From Neophaeotheca triangularis (lineage: Eukaryota): DNA of 64,000 bases. Position numbers and translations under genes: made by a program. The notes under the pieces are model-generated. The model was not told where the DNA came from. It was given only the letters and a program-made list of their open reading frames with translations, and made no database searches. Shown here in pieces: positions 35,682 through 47,803 of this stretch (position 1 is the first letter of the stretch; each line of letters begins with the position of its first letter). The stretch spans positions 310,001-374,000 of the forward strand of contig BAAIJX010000007.1 of NCBI GenBank assembly GCA_054600435.1, in the 5' to 3' direction.

Positions 35682-38600
35682 TCACACCGCGTCCACTCCG
35701 AGAAGATCAGCATCGTCCAATTCTCCCCAGTCTTCAAATTCGCCAGAATCCCCTTCAAGTTCGTAGATAGCGTTGTCGTTGATACGAGCATCTTCAATTT
35801 CTGCGGCGGACTTGTTGTACTTGGTATTCACCTTCATGACCGCAGCCAGATCAGAGGTGAGTGTTTGGCTGCCCTCGATACTGTTCACCTTCATCGCACA
35901 AAGTGCAGTGCGTGCAATAGCGAACATGAACTTTGGCCTCTTGTAGCACTGGGGCGTATGTGCAAGCACTGAAGCCTTGAGTAGATCCCAGAAGCGCAGG
36001 CTGTAGGGCGAGGACCTAAAGAGCCAGCCGAGAACCAGAGGATGTGCAGGGTTGCAGGGTTTGATACCTTCGTACTGCTCCCAGAAGGAAAAGATGATCT
36101 TCTCGTTGTACGTCCGAGCGTAGTCTGTTTTGCTCTCTTTGCTTGCCGCAACGCGAATGCTCCAAGCGTCTTGTATCTGAACAACTAGCCGCTTTATGTT
36201 CCCAATCTCTGCTTCGATGACGGGCCTGTACTCAGGATGCAGATCCGCGAGGCGAAGCGCCTCGTCATACGCATACTCGAGGTCACGATCGCGGTAGTCG
36301 GAGACGGCGGACCGCTCGTTTTCTTTGAGCCGGTCCAGAGTGTTTCCAAGAAGTGGATCTACCGTGTTGAACATGATGTGGTCCAGGATATGTCTTTGCT
36401 TCTTGTCTCTAGAATGGCATATAGTTTCCCGTAGACTTTTGGAGTTTTTCGTGACTTCTTTCGTGGTAGCTGCATACGCAGGGTCTGCCATTTCCCCCAT
36501 CAGAGGAAACCGGTGACGCTGAAGGTAGTCAACGAGCATGGACCTGGTGAAAACGTAACCATTCTTCGCGGTATCGATCAACATGTCATGCAAGCCCGCC
36601 ATTGCAAGGACGGCAGGCGTCCAGAGGCTATTTTGATGGTACGCCAGCTTCGAGAAATGGTTAGTCACCATACCGAGCAAATCCCCTTCCTGTTTGAATG
36701 CAAGCACATCTTTGAGCCATGCATGTACCTCTTCTGTGGTCGCCTGAGGTCTGACAAACAGCGACTTGAGCTTCTCGTTCTTCTGCACAATGCCAAAGTC
36801 TTGAATCGACGGAGCTATCGCTGGCATGGGTGAATTGCTGTAGCATTCAGTCAGTCGCTTATCCCAACAAGCAAGAAATGTGTCGCCGTCGTAATCGCCA
36901 CCCTGAAGCCGAGCCGCCAGCGGAATCCTGCCTTTGGATGGAAACACAATAATGTCCTTCAGATGAGCCAGCTCTGGCACAAAGACAGCCTTGACTTTTT
37001 GAATGTCGGAACCACGGAGTGTAGGGTGGCGCGTCACTAGAACTTCCATTCGATCCAGGTAAGCTCTGCTTTGGGACTCGTCCTGGAACGGCTCCGAAAA
37101 GCACAAATGCACGTGACCAGGCTCGAGTAGGCCTGTAGGATCTGCTATACCGATCAATGAAGTTGATTGTTTGCAGGGGAACCGTAATGTATTGCGGAGC
37201 CGTATCATGTATCGTTCCACCATATGGATTGTGCATTCTACCAAGAAACGGGAGCGACGCCTGAAGCCAGCTTCTAGGAGCAGGATGAGTCGGGCGAAAG
37301 CGCCAGAAGGCAAGCCGTACGACTCTCTCTTGCTAGGTTCCGCATGGCTGCTCTCATGCACATGCGCCCAGATTCTCAGTGCTTTCGGATCGTCCGAAGC
37401 AAGAGCACGTTCCAATTCATCAAGGTCTTCCTTGAATTGCTTTTCGGCAAACGTCGCCAAAACGTCTCGGGGAACGCCTCCGTCCTCGAGAATCTGCATG
37501 AAGTCTCGATGGATGTGCTGGGTCCGCGCTCGAGCGGAGTGGCGAACAACGTCGAAAGACCACCTACCCGGGTGGCAAGTGCTATCGTCAAGGTCCTGCT
37601 CTCGGTAGTTGATCTTTTTTTGACTCGCCGTGATCTCAATCCAGACATCGAGATGCATTGGGTCGCTCGTGTCGTACGGTGCGCTGATATACCACACACC
37701 TTTTGCGCCGTTGATTCGTGCTTGAAACGCCGACCGCCTGTGCGTCAGACCGAGCTTCTCGCATACAATCATAGCAGCGCCGACTGACATGCGTGCACAA
37801 CCATCGTTCATCACCGTGCTCTCATCGTGCTCAAAATGGAAGGTGAAGCCCTTGGGATACGTCCTAGTGCTGTCATAGGAGCTATCCTCAGGGGTGCCGT
37901 CTGCGTGGCAATCGTCAACATGGCGAATTTGAGATGGTTTGAAGCTCAGGGTACTTATTGTCGGAGAAAGTGCAAGGTCCACTCGGGCAAAAGCCTTGCA
38001 TAGTGACTGGTCGAGGTTGTAACCGATAGGAAGGAGCCAATTTAGCAACTCTGGTAACAGGATTTCCGGAAGACCACTCCCACTAACAGCGAAAAAGACT
38101 AAGCGGTGGGTCGATTTCGAGTCTTTCGATGTTGGGCTCTTCTTGTTCGGCTGAAGATGGAACGCTACCCATACTCTACCTAGAAATTGCTTGGGCTTCA
38201 GCAGCCACTCTAGATATTTCTCACGAATGTCTTCCTTGTTTTGTTCGCCGCGAAGGTGATCAGGCATCGCCGAAGAATCGTCGAGATTGGAGACATCTGC
38301 GTACAGCAAACGATCTGATCCATAACGTCGCTGAATCCTGTTGGACCTTTCATGGGTAGGACGGTTGAGCTTCGACTCAATGAGTGGGCCTTCCCTGCTT
38401 TGCCTTGGGGAAATCGTAAAGCTGTACTTTACCATGGTATCATGCCTCTGCAGATTCTCAAGCTCGTTTTCCAGAGGTCTAGCAGCGCCGCGAAAGAACT
38501 TGCCCCGTAGACGATGGTCAGCCATGCTGGCCATTTGCTCAGTCGTAGTGATGTGAACCAAGTCACTGAAGGGCACGCCAAGGGCTTGAGCAAGGCGTGC

Positions 38601-39713
38601 ACGGTCAAAGCGAAAGGCAAAATCTGAATTAGATGCTGGCCCTGGGTCTGTGTCTTCGATACCAAATCCGATCTCAGGAAGCCTTGAAATTTGATGCTGT
38701 AATGGATGTTGACGGTCCAATCGTAACATGGTCGCTACAGACTCTACTGAGTTGATGTTGGTCGTATCACCTGGTGCAACCTCGTCTGAAGTGCGACGCT
38801 TTTTGCAAGCAGGATTACATGCAGATGCCTCCTCTTCGGAGTGTCCTTCTGCAGATCGCGATTTCTTGACGTTGGCATCCTCGGGCTCATTCAGCTCCAA
38901 GCGCTGCCATTCGCGCTCGGACGGGGACGAGAAGGGGTAAGTTGAGGAAGACGTAGGCGCATCGCCCGGCTCTCCATCGAAGGAGGTGGCGGCTGTCGAG
39001 GTGGTCGCTGCTCCAGCCTCGGACGTGAAAGAAGTGGCAGCGAAAGAGGTTTTGGCTGTTGTTGAGAGCGATGTTTCTGCTTTCACTTCGTCTCTCTTTG
39101 TTTGAAAAGCGGCCGGTAGTTCAGCTGGTTCCATAAAGCTGTCGACCATGCCTTTAGGGCCATGCTTTGCAGATAGGATTGGTGACTCAGGGGCTAGCTC
39201 AAAGTGCTCATCTGGACTGTCGTCGCCATCATTGTCACCACCGACACTCTCCAATGCGACAAACGGTCCTACATCACCTGGATTCTTCCACGCATGGACC
39301 TTGAGAGCCGATGTGGTGATGATTCTTTCTCGGACAATGTACACAGGATCATCGAGGTAACTGAGCAACGTGTTCAGTCGTTCTTGGCCCGAAGCTAGAC
39401 CGTGGACCACCTCTCGAAAGCTGTCGATGGTTTTCTCAAGAGCTCCAGGATCCTTGAAGCATAGAATTTTGACTTTTGATTGTAAAGCTTCGCTGTCAGG
39501 GGGGCCGCTCTTACTCGGAGACCAAGTCTCATCCCGGACGCTTATGGGTAGATCGAATTCTCGTCTAAGACGTTTCACTGTGGAAGTGACAACATCCGAG
39601 TTGTTGAGTCTCCTGGATCCTTGAGGTTTTGCCACATTGAAAGCATCGGTGATTGTGCTAGAAGATTGCTGCCTGGGACCTGGGACCTCCTGGTTGCCAC
39701 TGCGTCTGATCAT
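35682..39713 (-). CDS. Cellular RNA-dependent RNA polymerase, QDE-1-like (RNAi/quelling)
   Basis: Catalytic GGDYDGD; MNDGCARMS, FQARINGAKGVW, IADPTGLLEPGHVH and VTRHP motifs; intronless ~1,340 aa. The QDE-1 clade assignment is an inference. Confidence 0.93.
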   Translation of the reverse strand: MIRRSGNQEVPGPRQQSSSTITDAFNVAKPQGSRRLNNSDVVTSTVKRLRREFDLPISVRDETWSPSKSGPPDSEALQSKVKILCFKDPGALEKTIDSFREVVHGLASGQERLNTLLSYLDDPVYIVRERIITTSALKVHAWKNPGDVGPFVALESVGGDNDGDDSPDEHFELAPESPILSAKHGPKGMVDSFMEPAELPAAFQTKRDEVKAETSLSTTAKTSFAATSFTSEAGAATTSTAATSFDGEPGDAPTSSSTYPFSSPSEREWQRLELNEPEDANVKKSRSAEGHSEEEASACNPACKKRRTSDEVAPGDTTNINSVESVATMLRLDRQHPLQHQISRLPEIGFGIEDTDPGPASNSDFAFRFDRARLAQALGVPFSDLVHITTTEQMASMADHRLRGKFFRGAARPLENELENLQRHDTMVKYSFTISPRQSREGPLIESKLNRPTHERSNRIQRRYGSDRLLYADVSNLDDSSAMPDHLRGEQNKEDIREKYLEWLLKPKQFLGRVWVAFHLQPNKKSPTSKDSKSTHRLVFFAVSGSGLPEILLPELLNWLLPIGYNLDQSLCKAFARVDLALSPTISTLSFKPSQIRHVDDCHADGTPEDSSYDSTRTYPKGFTFHFEHDESTVMNDGCARMSVGAAMIVCEKLGLTHRRSAFQARINGAKGVWYISAPYDTSDPMHLDVWIEITASQKKINYREQDLDDSTCHPGRWSFDVVRHSARARTQHIHRDFMQILEDGGVPRDVLATFAEKQFKEDLDELERALASDDPKALRIWAHVHESSHAEPSKRESYGLPSGAFARLILLLEAGFRRRSRFLVECTIHMVERYMIRLRNTLRFPCKQSTSLIGIADPTGLLEPGHVHLCFSEPFQDESQSRAYLDRMEVLVTRHPTLRGSDIQKVKAVFVPELAHLKDIIVFPSKGRIPLAARLQGGDYDGDTFLACWDKRLTECYSNSPMPAIAPSIQDFGIVQKNEKLKSLFVRPQATTEEVHAWLKDVLAFKQEGDLLGMVTNHFSKLAYHQNSLWTPAVLAMAGLHDMLIDTAKNGYVFTRSMLVDYLQRHRFPLMGEMADPAYAATTKEVTKNSKSLRETICHSRDKKQRHILDHIMFNTVDPLLGNTLDRLKENERSAVSDYRDRDLEYAYDEALRLADLHPEYRPVIEAEIGNIKRLVVQIQDAWSIRVAASKESKTDYARTYNEKIIFSFWEQYEGIKPCNPAHPLVLGWLFRSSPYSLRFWDLLKASVLAHTPQCYKRPKFMFAIARTALCAMKVNSIEGSQTLTSDLAAVMKVNTKYNKSAAEIEDARINDNAIYELEGDSGEFEDWGELDDADLLGVDAV

Positions 39714-40616
39714 GCTATAGCATGACAATACGTATGCGCTAGTGTTGATACCAGTCAATCAGAGCCCGAATATGTCTAGACTGACTTTCTTCCGGGTAGC
39801 TTCTCGGCATGCAATGGGTCGCAGGGCAGTCGAAGAACAAGGGGTCGGTGGGGTGTTTGTAGTGACGAACCTGTTTGGGGAGACAGAGCGGCAACTTAAG
39901 GCCCGCTCGGCACGTTGCGCCTTGACCCGTGCACTGGGCGGCTATATATGTGGCTATCCCGCAGATGCCTCCATAGCAACGTTCGGCAGACCGGTTACTT
40001 TCAGGTAACATGCTCCGTATCTATGTACCATTCCAACACAACTCCAAGCGATTATACATAGTTTTCCAGTTTCTTGCTTCTAGTTTCACCCAGAAGTAGT
40101 TACCGAAGTCGAGCATGACCTCTCAACGAATCTTGATGAGGCAATCAGACTTCTCGAGGCTGGGTCTCTGGGTGAAGTACAACGCTGCTACCTCCTATTA
40201 GCTAACATTTGTTTACGCTGCCATGTGTGGTGCTCGTCTGGGGACACATTATCAGAGAGTAGAAAAAGGCATAAGCCGATACAGCGAGCGCGGCATCCTG
40301 GCCTTATAAGCAAGGCTGTTGGAGTTTCAGATGAGTGCGACCCTCGCGTCATAAAAGCTGCACAAATCTACTTCTAAACGTGCATTCGGAAACAAGTGAA
40401 ACGCTTTTGGTTGATTGATCGTCTAACGTGGGCTTCATGCTCTTGCTCATGCGTTGCCTCGTGCAGTGCGGACGACGTGAAAAGTCCCGAAGCTTCCAGA
40501 GAACCTCCTTCCACGCCCCCGTATCTTCTTTTATGCCGGGTGTCTCCTCATGCAAACCTCATCTTTCTTCGCCAACGTGATGCTTTGTGCTCCCAGAGTC
40601 TGACCATAAATTGCCC

Positions 40617-41246
40617 TTAGACCTTCATCTCGGTGAGACCGTGCTTCCAGAAGGTGACGAAAGGAGTGATTCCGTCCTCACGGTAGTTGAGGAGAGGGAC
40701 CATGGCGTCGGGGTCCATGCTCTCGCCGATGAGGAACTCGTAGTCCTTGAAGTTGGCAATAATCTTCTTGGCGTAGCCTGAAGCGTTCTTCTCGAACTCG
40801 GACACAGTGGCATCATCAGCGCCCTTCTCCTTCATGGCCTCCTTGACCTTCTTCATGTAAGCTAGGCCACCTGTCAGTATGTTGCAATAGTCGCAAGTTG
40901 CGTGGAGAGCGCATACTCTTGAGATGCGAAAGATAAGACTTCTTGTCGAACGAGGTGGTCTGCAGACGGAAAGAGTAGACAACGTCGATGACCTGCTCAG
41001 AGTTCTCGTCGACACCCTCGTCACCACCTTCTTCGGCAGATGGGTTCGCGCCGATGTCTAAAGTAATAAGCCCTTCTTTTAGCAGACGTCCGACCAAAGC
41101 CTTTGTACACAACCCATACCGATGTTCTCGTTGCCAATAGTGATTTTCTTGCAGTCGGCCTCGTAGACGGCACCGTCGATCTCCTTCAGATCGTAGGAGT
41201 CGGAGATGAGCTCGTCACCAGTGATGATGTCCTTGTAGATAATCAT
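40617..41246 (-). CDS. TMA19: Translationally controlled tumour protein (TCTP) homolog
   Basis: [28 protein letters not shown] and [17 protein letters not shown] motifs; 2 introns. Confidence 0.96.
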
Positions 41247-41436
41247 TTTGGCTGCTGTGCGGGATGCAAGTGGGTGAGATTGAAGGTGTCGGTGGTGGTG
41301 GTGGTAACAGGGAGAGTATGTGGTGGTGGGTAGGGGATTCTTCGGCGACTGGTTGAAGGTCTGGAAGCAAAATATCGAGTTGGCGGGGCGAGGGGTTTAC
41401 AACTACACGTGGGGCTCAGCCAGAAGCGAGAGCGGC

Positions 41437-41445
41437 TCACGTGAC
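41437..41445. promoter_or_regulatory. TCACGTGAC palindromic E-box in the TCTP/RPS22 divergent promoter (second CACGTG at 41406)
   Basis: Motif seen directly. Confidence 0.5.
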
Positions 41446-41794
41446 AATGCCGCGGTCGGGCCACTATCGAAATTCGACTACAACTTTGATTTGCTTGGCC
41501 TCGAACTTTTGCGATCCGCAACAGCTTCACTCAACCACCAAAGCTCGCCATTATCCGAAGAGGTATGTTACGAGCCGATGTTCAACAAGAGATGCCCTTT
41601 GGGTAGCCAAGGGTCTGCAATCGTCTCTCGCGACGACACTGCTGTACCTAGCGACCGAGCCTCAGAACCCTGTTGGTAGCCGGCCATGGCACCGAAGGGC
41701 ACTCTTTGCGCTCTCATGGCACTTGAAGGCTAACTGGATCGTGTCAGACACCTCACGCCGCAAAGCCGCTTGAGAATCTCGTAAAACCGCCAAC

Positions 41795-42481
41795 ATGAAG
41801 ACCTCCGTGCTCAATGATGCGCTCAACTCCATGAACAACGCCGAGAAGGCCGGCAAGCGCCAGGTCCTCATCAGGCCTTCCAGCAAGGTCATTGTCAAGT
41901 TCTTGCAGGTCATGCAGAAGCATGGTACGTTGGATATACTTTCATTATGGGGTGACAATTTACCGCAACGTCATGCGATAGCGAAGAGGCGCACACACAC
42001 CGGGCTGATAACTAGGCAATGGTCTCACATTTCATCCACGACCAACGCCCTTTAAGTGCTCGGAAGATTGACACAGCGACGGATCTTACACGTCCTTTGA
42101 CGATATTCACATGAGACTGCACGTTTAATTCTTCGCGACAAACACTGACATGACTATTTTCCAGGCTACATTGGCGAGTTCGAGGAGGTTGACGACCACC
42201 GCAACGGCAAGATCGTTGTCCAGCTCAACGGCCGGTAAGCAGCCTTCATCACGCATCATGTCGGGGCGACCAGCACTAACGCTTGTTGCAGCCTCAACAA
42301 GACCGGTGTCATCTCCCCTCGCTTCAACGTCCAGCTCCGTGACTTCGAGAAGTGGGTCGTCAGACTCCTTCCTTCCCGTCAATTCGGTTACATCGTCCTC
42401 ACCACCTCCGCCGGTATCATGGACCACGAGGAGGCCAGGCGTAAGCACGTTGCTGGCAAGATCATTGGGTTCTTCTACTAG
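41795..42481 (+). CDS. RPS22: 40S ribosomal protein S22 (uS8/S15a)
   Basis: [54 protein letters not shown]. Intron 1 is 41925-42164; a second intron lies near 42235-42291. Confidence 0.97.
41999..42143 (+). ncRNA. SNR44: Intronic box H/ACA snoRNA, snR44 homolog
   Basis: Two hairpins. Pocket 1 (GATAACT 42007-13 + TTTAA 42051-55) fits 18S UUAAA-U-C-AGUUAUC. Pocket 2 (TCTTACA 42084-90 + TTTAA 42124-28) fits LSU UUAAA-U-A-UGUAAGA. ACA at 42138-40. Yeast snR44 is hosted by an RPS22B intron. Confidence 0.88.
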
Positions 42482-43026
42482 ACAATTGATCGGTCAAGAT
42501 CTTTGCAAGGCGTGACGAGCATAATGATACCCAAGCGATCCGTTTGCCGGTGTGCATCATGCGGCGTCAAGTTAGCTAGTAGCAATCAAAAGTTCTGAAC
42601 TCAATGCTGCATCCCGTTGTTTCCAAGTTTTCACAGGTGGCCACGATTGTTGTTCTTCTGCCTTCCAATTGGACGTTTGCCCTCATCCCTTGCTCCCAGC
42701 ATATATAATAGTGAACTTAGCACGGCTTGCAGCTTCTACATGAAAGTGATTGTCCACGCCTCAACAACTGACTGACTTGTGACATTCGTGCGAGGACTGT
42801 CGTGCGGCTATCGCTCTGACGTTTGATCGTGATCAGCAACTTCACTATTATTTAAGGATTCTCCTGAACCACAGCAGAAAGTTTCTTAGGTTGCCTCGGC
42901 TCCACAGTCATCCTTCCGCTTTTGGAAAGTTTCGACAACATACCCAGTATCTTCCGATCGACAACATCTTGGATACATCCACAAGTCTACCAATACTGTT
43001 TCTTGTTGCAAACAAATTGCTTCGAA

Positions 43027-44255
43027 ATGGTATTAGAGACGATTTATGTCGTCCGACATGGCGTAAGTTTTCTTCCCATCTCCAGGCGTTTGTTATTAGG
43101 ACAGGTGAAGGGCTGCTTGAGTTACTGTTTTCGCCACGAGCGCCGTCTGAAGCCGCCGGAAAGAGCGTTGTGCGAGCAAGACCTTTGTAGGGGCCAAACT
43201 GCGCGCAGACAATGGTCTCGTCGTGGAGGGAGCATCACTTGTTTAGGCTGTTGCTTGAATGACAGCGAAGTTCGGGCTGCTTATTCATATCAAGAAGCAT
43301 GATAACGCCTTACCATGAACGAACATAACTAACGGACGCCTCTAGTACCGCTCTAACTGGGTAGTCGACCCGACCACAGGCGAATATACCGCCACGGTCA
43401 GATCGCCCACCAACATCGCATCCGATCCAGCACTTGCTAGCTATGGTGTCCAGCAAGCGGAGCAACTCTCAACTCACCTCCTATCCGTTGATCCGCCGGT
43501 CGACCTCGTTTACTCGAGCCCTTTCTACAGATGTCTTCAGACTCTATTACCAACCACTAACGGTCTCGTAGAGCGACAAAAGCAGTCAGGCAAAGGCAAA
43601 GCGCAAGTCAACGTCGAGCCCGGCCTAGGCGAGTTCTACGGTCTGGCACGCTTCGACCACCCTTCGCCTGCGTCCATGCAAGTTCTGCACACGCACTTCC
43701 AGCACTTGGCCTCTGAACCCGAGCCCATCATCGTCCCCTCGACCAAGGGCGAAAGCAACCCGCAGCTCCATGACCGGCTGGCGTATACCCTCCACCACCT
43801 CATTGCGCGAGCGGATGCCGATCCCTCAGGGCCCAAGTCTTTGCTGATCTGCACACACGCTGCCGCGATGATCTGCATCGGACGAGCACTTACGGGATAC
43901 ATGCCGGACGACGAGAAGACTGCCGACTTCAACTGCTTCACTTGTGCGTTCTCGCGGTTTGACAGAAGGAAGAGAGTTGCGACAGGCCCGGGTGATGTAC
44001 CTCAAACCTGGAATTGCAACGACTCAGATCACGTTCCCGACATTGGTTGGAGGGATGGCAAAGGTGTGCAAGGGGGTTGGGATTGTGTGGTGAATGGCGA
44101 TTGCTCGTTTTTGACGAATGGACCTGAAAGAGGATGGTAAGTTGTACCCTGATTTCCTTCAAAGTTTTGCCATTTCTCTCCACGCTGTCACGGGGGACCA
44201 CTTACCAGTATATGGCAGGAACTTTGGCATGGAAGAGCAACAAGCCGGCAAATGA
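43027..44255 (+). CDS. Histidine phosphatase / phosphoglycerate-mutase-like protein (TFIIIC tau55/Tfc7-like)
   Basis: IYVVRHG, DPALASYG..QA, YSSPFYRCLQT, LGEFYG, LLICTHAA and NGDCSFL..G.ERGW motifs. Introns 43063-43345 and about 44137-44218. Confidence 0.85.
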
Positions 44256-44674
44256 GGGAGCAAATTTCCGCACTTCGGCAAGTCAGCAATAGAATACCAA
44301 AAAGCTTACGACAATGTTACAACACAGGCGGTTTTCCGGCGACGAATCCTTCATACATGTTCCGCTCCCGTCGGACGACAAGAAAGATGCAGCAGTGGCA
44401 GTGACAGACGACGAGACAAGGCTGGACGACGCTGTACTGGTGCATGGCGACGGCGGAAAGGCGAGGAAAGGTAGTGCTTCACGGTTATGAGCGATTGGAT
44501 GAGTTTGAGAATCTTGTTTTTGCAGTCATCACGAGCTTGGGTATCGATAGACTGAGATAGATGCATGAGTTTCTGACAGGCTACGAATCAAGACGCTGCC
44601 GCAGCAGTGAAATGCTATGCTTTGCCTTGCCGAATACTCCTCAGCGCCTTTCCCTAGCTTGCCTGTGTAATCCC

Positions 44675-45564
44675 CTAACCCTGGGTGATGGCCTTGCGAA
44701 CCTTCTGCGCGCGCTGGCGGCTGTTGAGGTGCAGGCCCTGCTCACGGTGGACCTTCTGGGGTGCCTTCTGCACGACCTCCTCGCCCTCAGTCAAGATCAT
44801 CTCAATGTGGCAGGGGTTGGACATGTAAGGGTTGATCTAAAATTGCAAAGTCAGCATTCGCTCTTGCGCTGCTCTCAGGAATGAGATTGAGACTTACGCG
44901 ACCGTGGGCACGGTATGTGCGCCTCCTCTGCTTGGGGGCCTGGTTGACCTGGATGTGCTTGACGATCAAGTTGCTGGTGTCGAGACCCTTGGTGTCGGCG
45001 TTGGCCTCGGCGTTCTTCAACAGGCTGAGCAAGAACTCAGCCGACTTGACGGGCCAGCGAGCCTTGGAGACACCGAACTGCTTTCCTGTATCCCAAAGTA
45101 TCAATCAACCGCCCAATTATATGTATGCATCCTCGCACAATGGCTGGGCTCCAATCTCGACGGCCACTGCCAATACAGGCAGGGCTCATCGGTGGGCTTC
45201 ACGTACCTTGGGAAGTACGGCCAGTGCTCCCGGCATATCTGCGCATCGGCACAGCCTCGACGTGGCCCTTCACATTCTCGAGGTAGGTGATGGCGCGAGA
45301 GACCTTCCAGCCGTTGATGGCCTGAGCGGTCTCACGGGTGTTCTTGTAGGAGACACGGAGGTAGGAGCCGCGAGAACGCGCGGATTTGGCGGGCTCGAGG
45401 TGGGTGGCTGCGTAGCGGACCTGTAGAGAAAAAGAACATGTTGTTAGCCTTTTTGTGCTCTAGATGTCCCTTCTCTTGCAAACGTCTTGCGCTTAGTTGC
45501 TGCTGTCGCCTTCCTTCTTCACGCAAAGGCCACATTGAGAGGCTTCATTGATCCAACATACCAT
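44675..45564 (-). CDS. RPL17: 60S ribosomal protein L17 (uL22)
   Basis: M|VRYAA..., [18 protein letters not shown] and [22 protein letters not shown]; 3 introns. Confidence 0.97.
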
Positions 45565-45862
45565 TGTGTCTGAGTGTTGTCGGAAAGGGCCTGGACTGCC
45601 GTGTCTTGTCGTGTCGTCGTCGTCGCAGGCGGTTTTGCAGTAGAAGTCGCAAAGTCGAAATTGTAGCCTTGGCGAAAAACTCGGCGCTTGCAGTAAAGCC
45701 GGTGTCCGACCAGCTCGCTTCACTTTCCGTCCAAAGCGGGCAAAAGCTTAGCTTAGCGCGAACGTGAAATCTCAGGTCTTCAAAAGTTCGAGCTCCTTCA
45801 TCCACCATTGCGAGCTTGTGCACGTTAGTCAGACATCAACAACCCCCGACTACCACGATATA

Positions 45863-46963
45863 ATGGCTTTCACACCAAGAGGCGGCCGTGGCGGCGACCG
45901 TGGAGGAGGACGTGGTAGAGGCGGCGGCGACCGCGGCGGACGTGGAGGTGCCCGTGGTGGTGGCAGAGGTACGCACAGTGGTTCTGAGACCAAATTCGGC
46001 ACAAGAAGCTGATCATCAATATAGGTGGCTTCGGCGACAGAGGTGGACGTGGTGCCCCCCGCGGAGGCGGAAGAGGAGCTCCTCGCGGGCGTGGTGCCCC
46101 TCGCGGAGGTGGCCGTGGAGGTCGCGGCGGTGGACCTGGCGCAAAGGGCGGCCAGAAGGTCATAATCGTAAGTCTCAGTGTGCTTTGTTTCTTGAAAAGC
46201 GGCAGCCGCTAACCAACACTCTCCCTTTTCACAGGAGCCTCACCGTCACGCCGGTGTCTTCGTCGCCCGCGGCAAGGAAGATTTGCTCGTCACCAAGAAC
46301 ATGACCCCCGGTGAAGCCGTCTACGGCGAGAAGCGCATCTCCATCGAGACCCCTGCCAACCAGACCGATATGAGCAACGGCGGCGACGCCACTGCTACCA
46401 AGACTGAATACCGTGTTTGGAATCCTTTCCGCTCCAAGTTGGCTGCTGGTATCTTGGGTGGTCTCGAGGACATCCACATGGGCCCTGGCAAGAAGGTTCT
46501 CTACCTCGGTGCTGCGTCTGGTACATCCGTGTCTCACGTTGCGGACATTGTCGGACCTACCGGTACTGTCTTCGCCGTCGAGTTCTCCCACCGCTCTGGT
46601 CGCGATCTCATCAACATGGCTACACACAGGACGAACGTCATCCCGATCATTGAAGATGCCCGTCACCCGCTCAAGTACCGCATGCTGCTGTCCATGGTCG
46701 ACTGCATCTTCGCAGACGTTGCCCAACCTGACCAAGCGCGTATTGTCGGCCTGAACGCCCACCAGTTCCTCAAGGTTGGCGGTGGTGTTGTTGTTTCCAT
46801 CAAGGCCAACTGTATCGACTCGACCGCTGCCCCCGAAGCAGTGTTCGCCCGCGAGGTCACCAAGCTGCGTGAGGAGCGCATCAAGCCCAAGGAGCAACTC
46901 ACCCTGGAGCCTTTCGAGAGGGACCACGCGATGGTTGTCGGCGTCTACCAGCGCCATGGTTAA
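45863..46963 (+). CDS. NOP1: Fibrillarin (box C/D rRNA 2'-O-methyltransferase)
   Basis: N-terminal GAR/RGG repeats; [29 protein letters not shown] and [13 protein letters not shown]; 2 introns. Confidence 0.97.
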
Positions 46964-47803
46964 ACCCATGTGGCATGCTTGTACATGTGTACGAAAGGCG
47001 TTCGAGGCGTAACAGGAGGGGAGCGGCGTTCACTGTAGAAAAGGGTGCTAACTTTGAGATCGCACTAAGGCGCGTATGATATCACGACCACAGGTCGAAA
47101 GTTTGAAGAGAGAAGATTACTCGACTCGTATCAATTCACTGCCCGCGCTTGGAGAAGTCAACATTACAGCGTCCTCTGCCTACACACGGCGTCGCATCCG
47201 GGCCTGCTGGCGGAAAAGTAGGCTGCGGATGCGTTTGTTCACTGTGAGTACTGCCCACCTTTCTCCCCTGCCTCAAAATGATGAACCAATGCAATATACA
47301 CAGACCTGTTCTGAAAACAACATGTGGACACCTTGCTTGGAGACCTTCTGATATCAACGAGGCTTTTACTTGGCGCTACCGATCAATACTTGCCAAGCGA
47401 CAAAAGCTAACAATCTTGTCAGGTCCTCCCAGCATTTACCTATCACTGCAATGGCGTCCACCGATGTCATCTTCCTTGTGATGCGTGTCGTCTTGGATGT
47501 AGTTACAGCAGCAGCATTGTATATTTCTTTGTCGATTAAACAATTACCCTTTGATGGGCTCTGTCCACTGTAGCCATCTTTTGTTGTCTTCAAAGACGGC
47601 CTTTCATCCATTGTCTATTGTTGCGTAACAAAGAAAAGACCAATGATATAGGCTTAGTGTCTACTTCCCATTCCAGTTTCCTCTGCCCTTCCATCCTCCC
47701 ACCAAGTACTATCGCCCGAAAAACAGATCGTTTGACTCTAGCGTCTGGCACGCTGTCTTGAACACATCGCGTTTTAACAAACTCTTCAGCGTCTACTATC
47801 AAC

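Noticed and set aside
46229..46969. 246-aa antisense ORF over NOP1
   Set aside because: Expected by-product of strong codon bias in a highly expressed gene.
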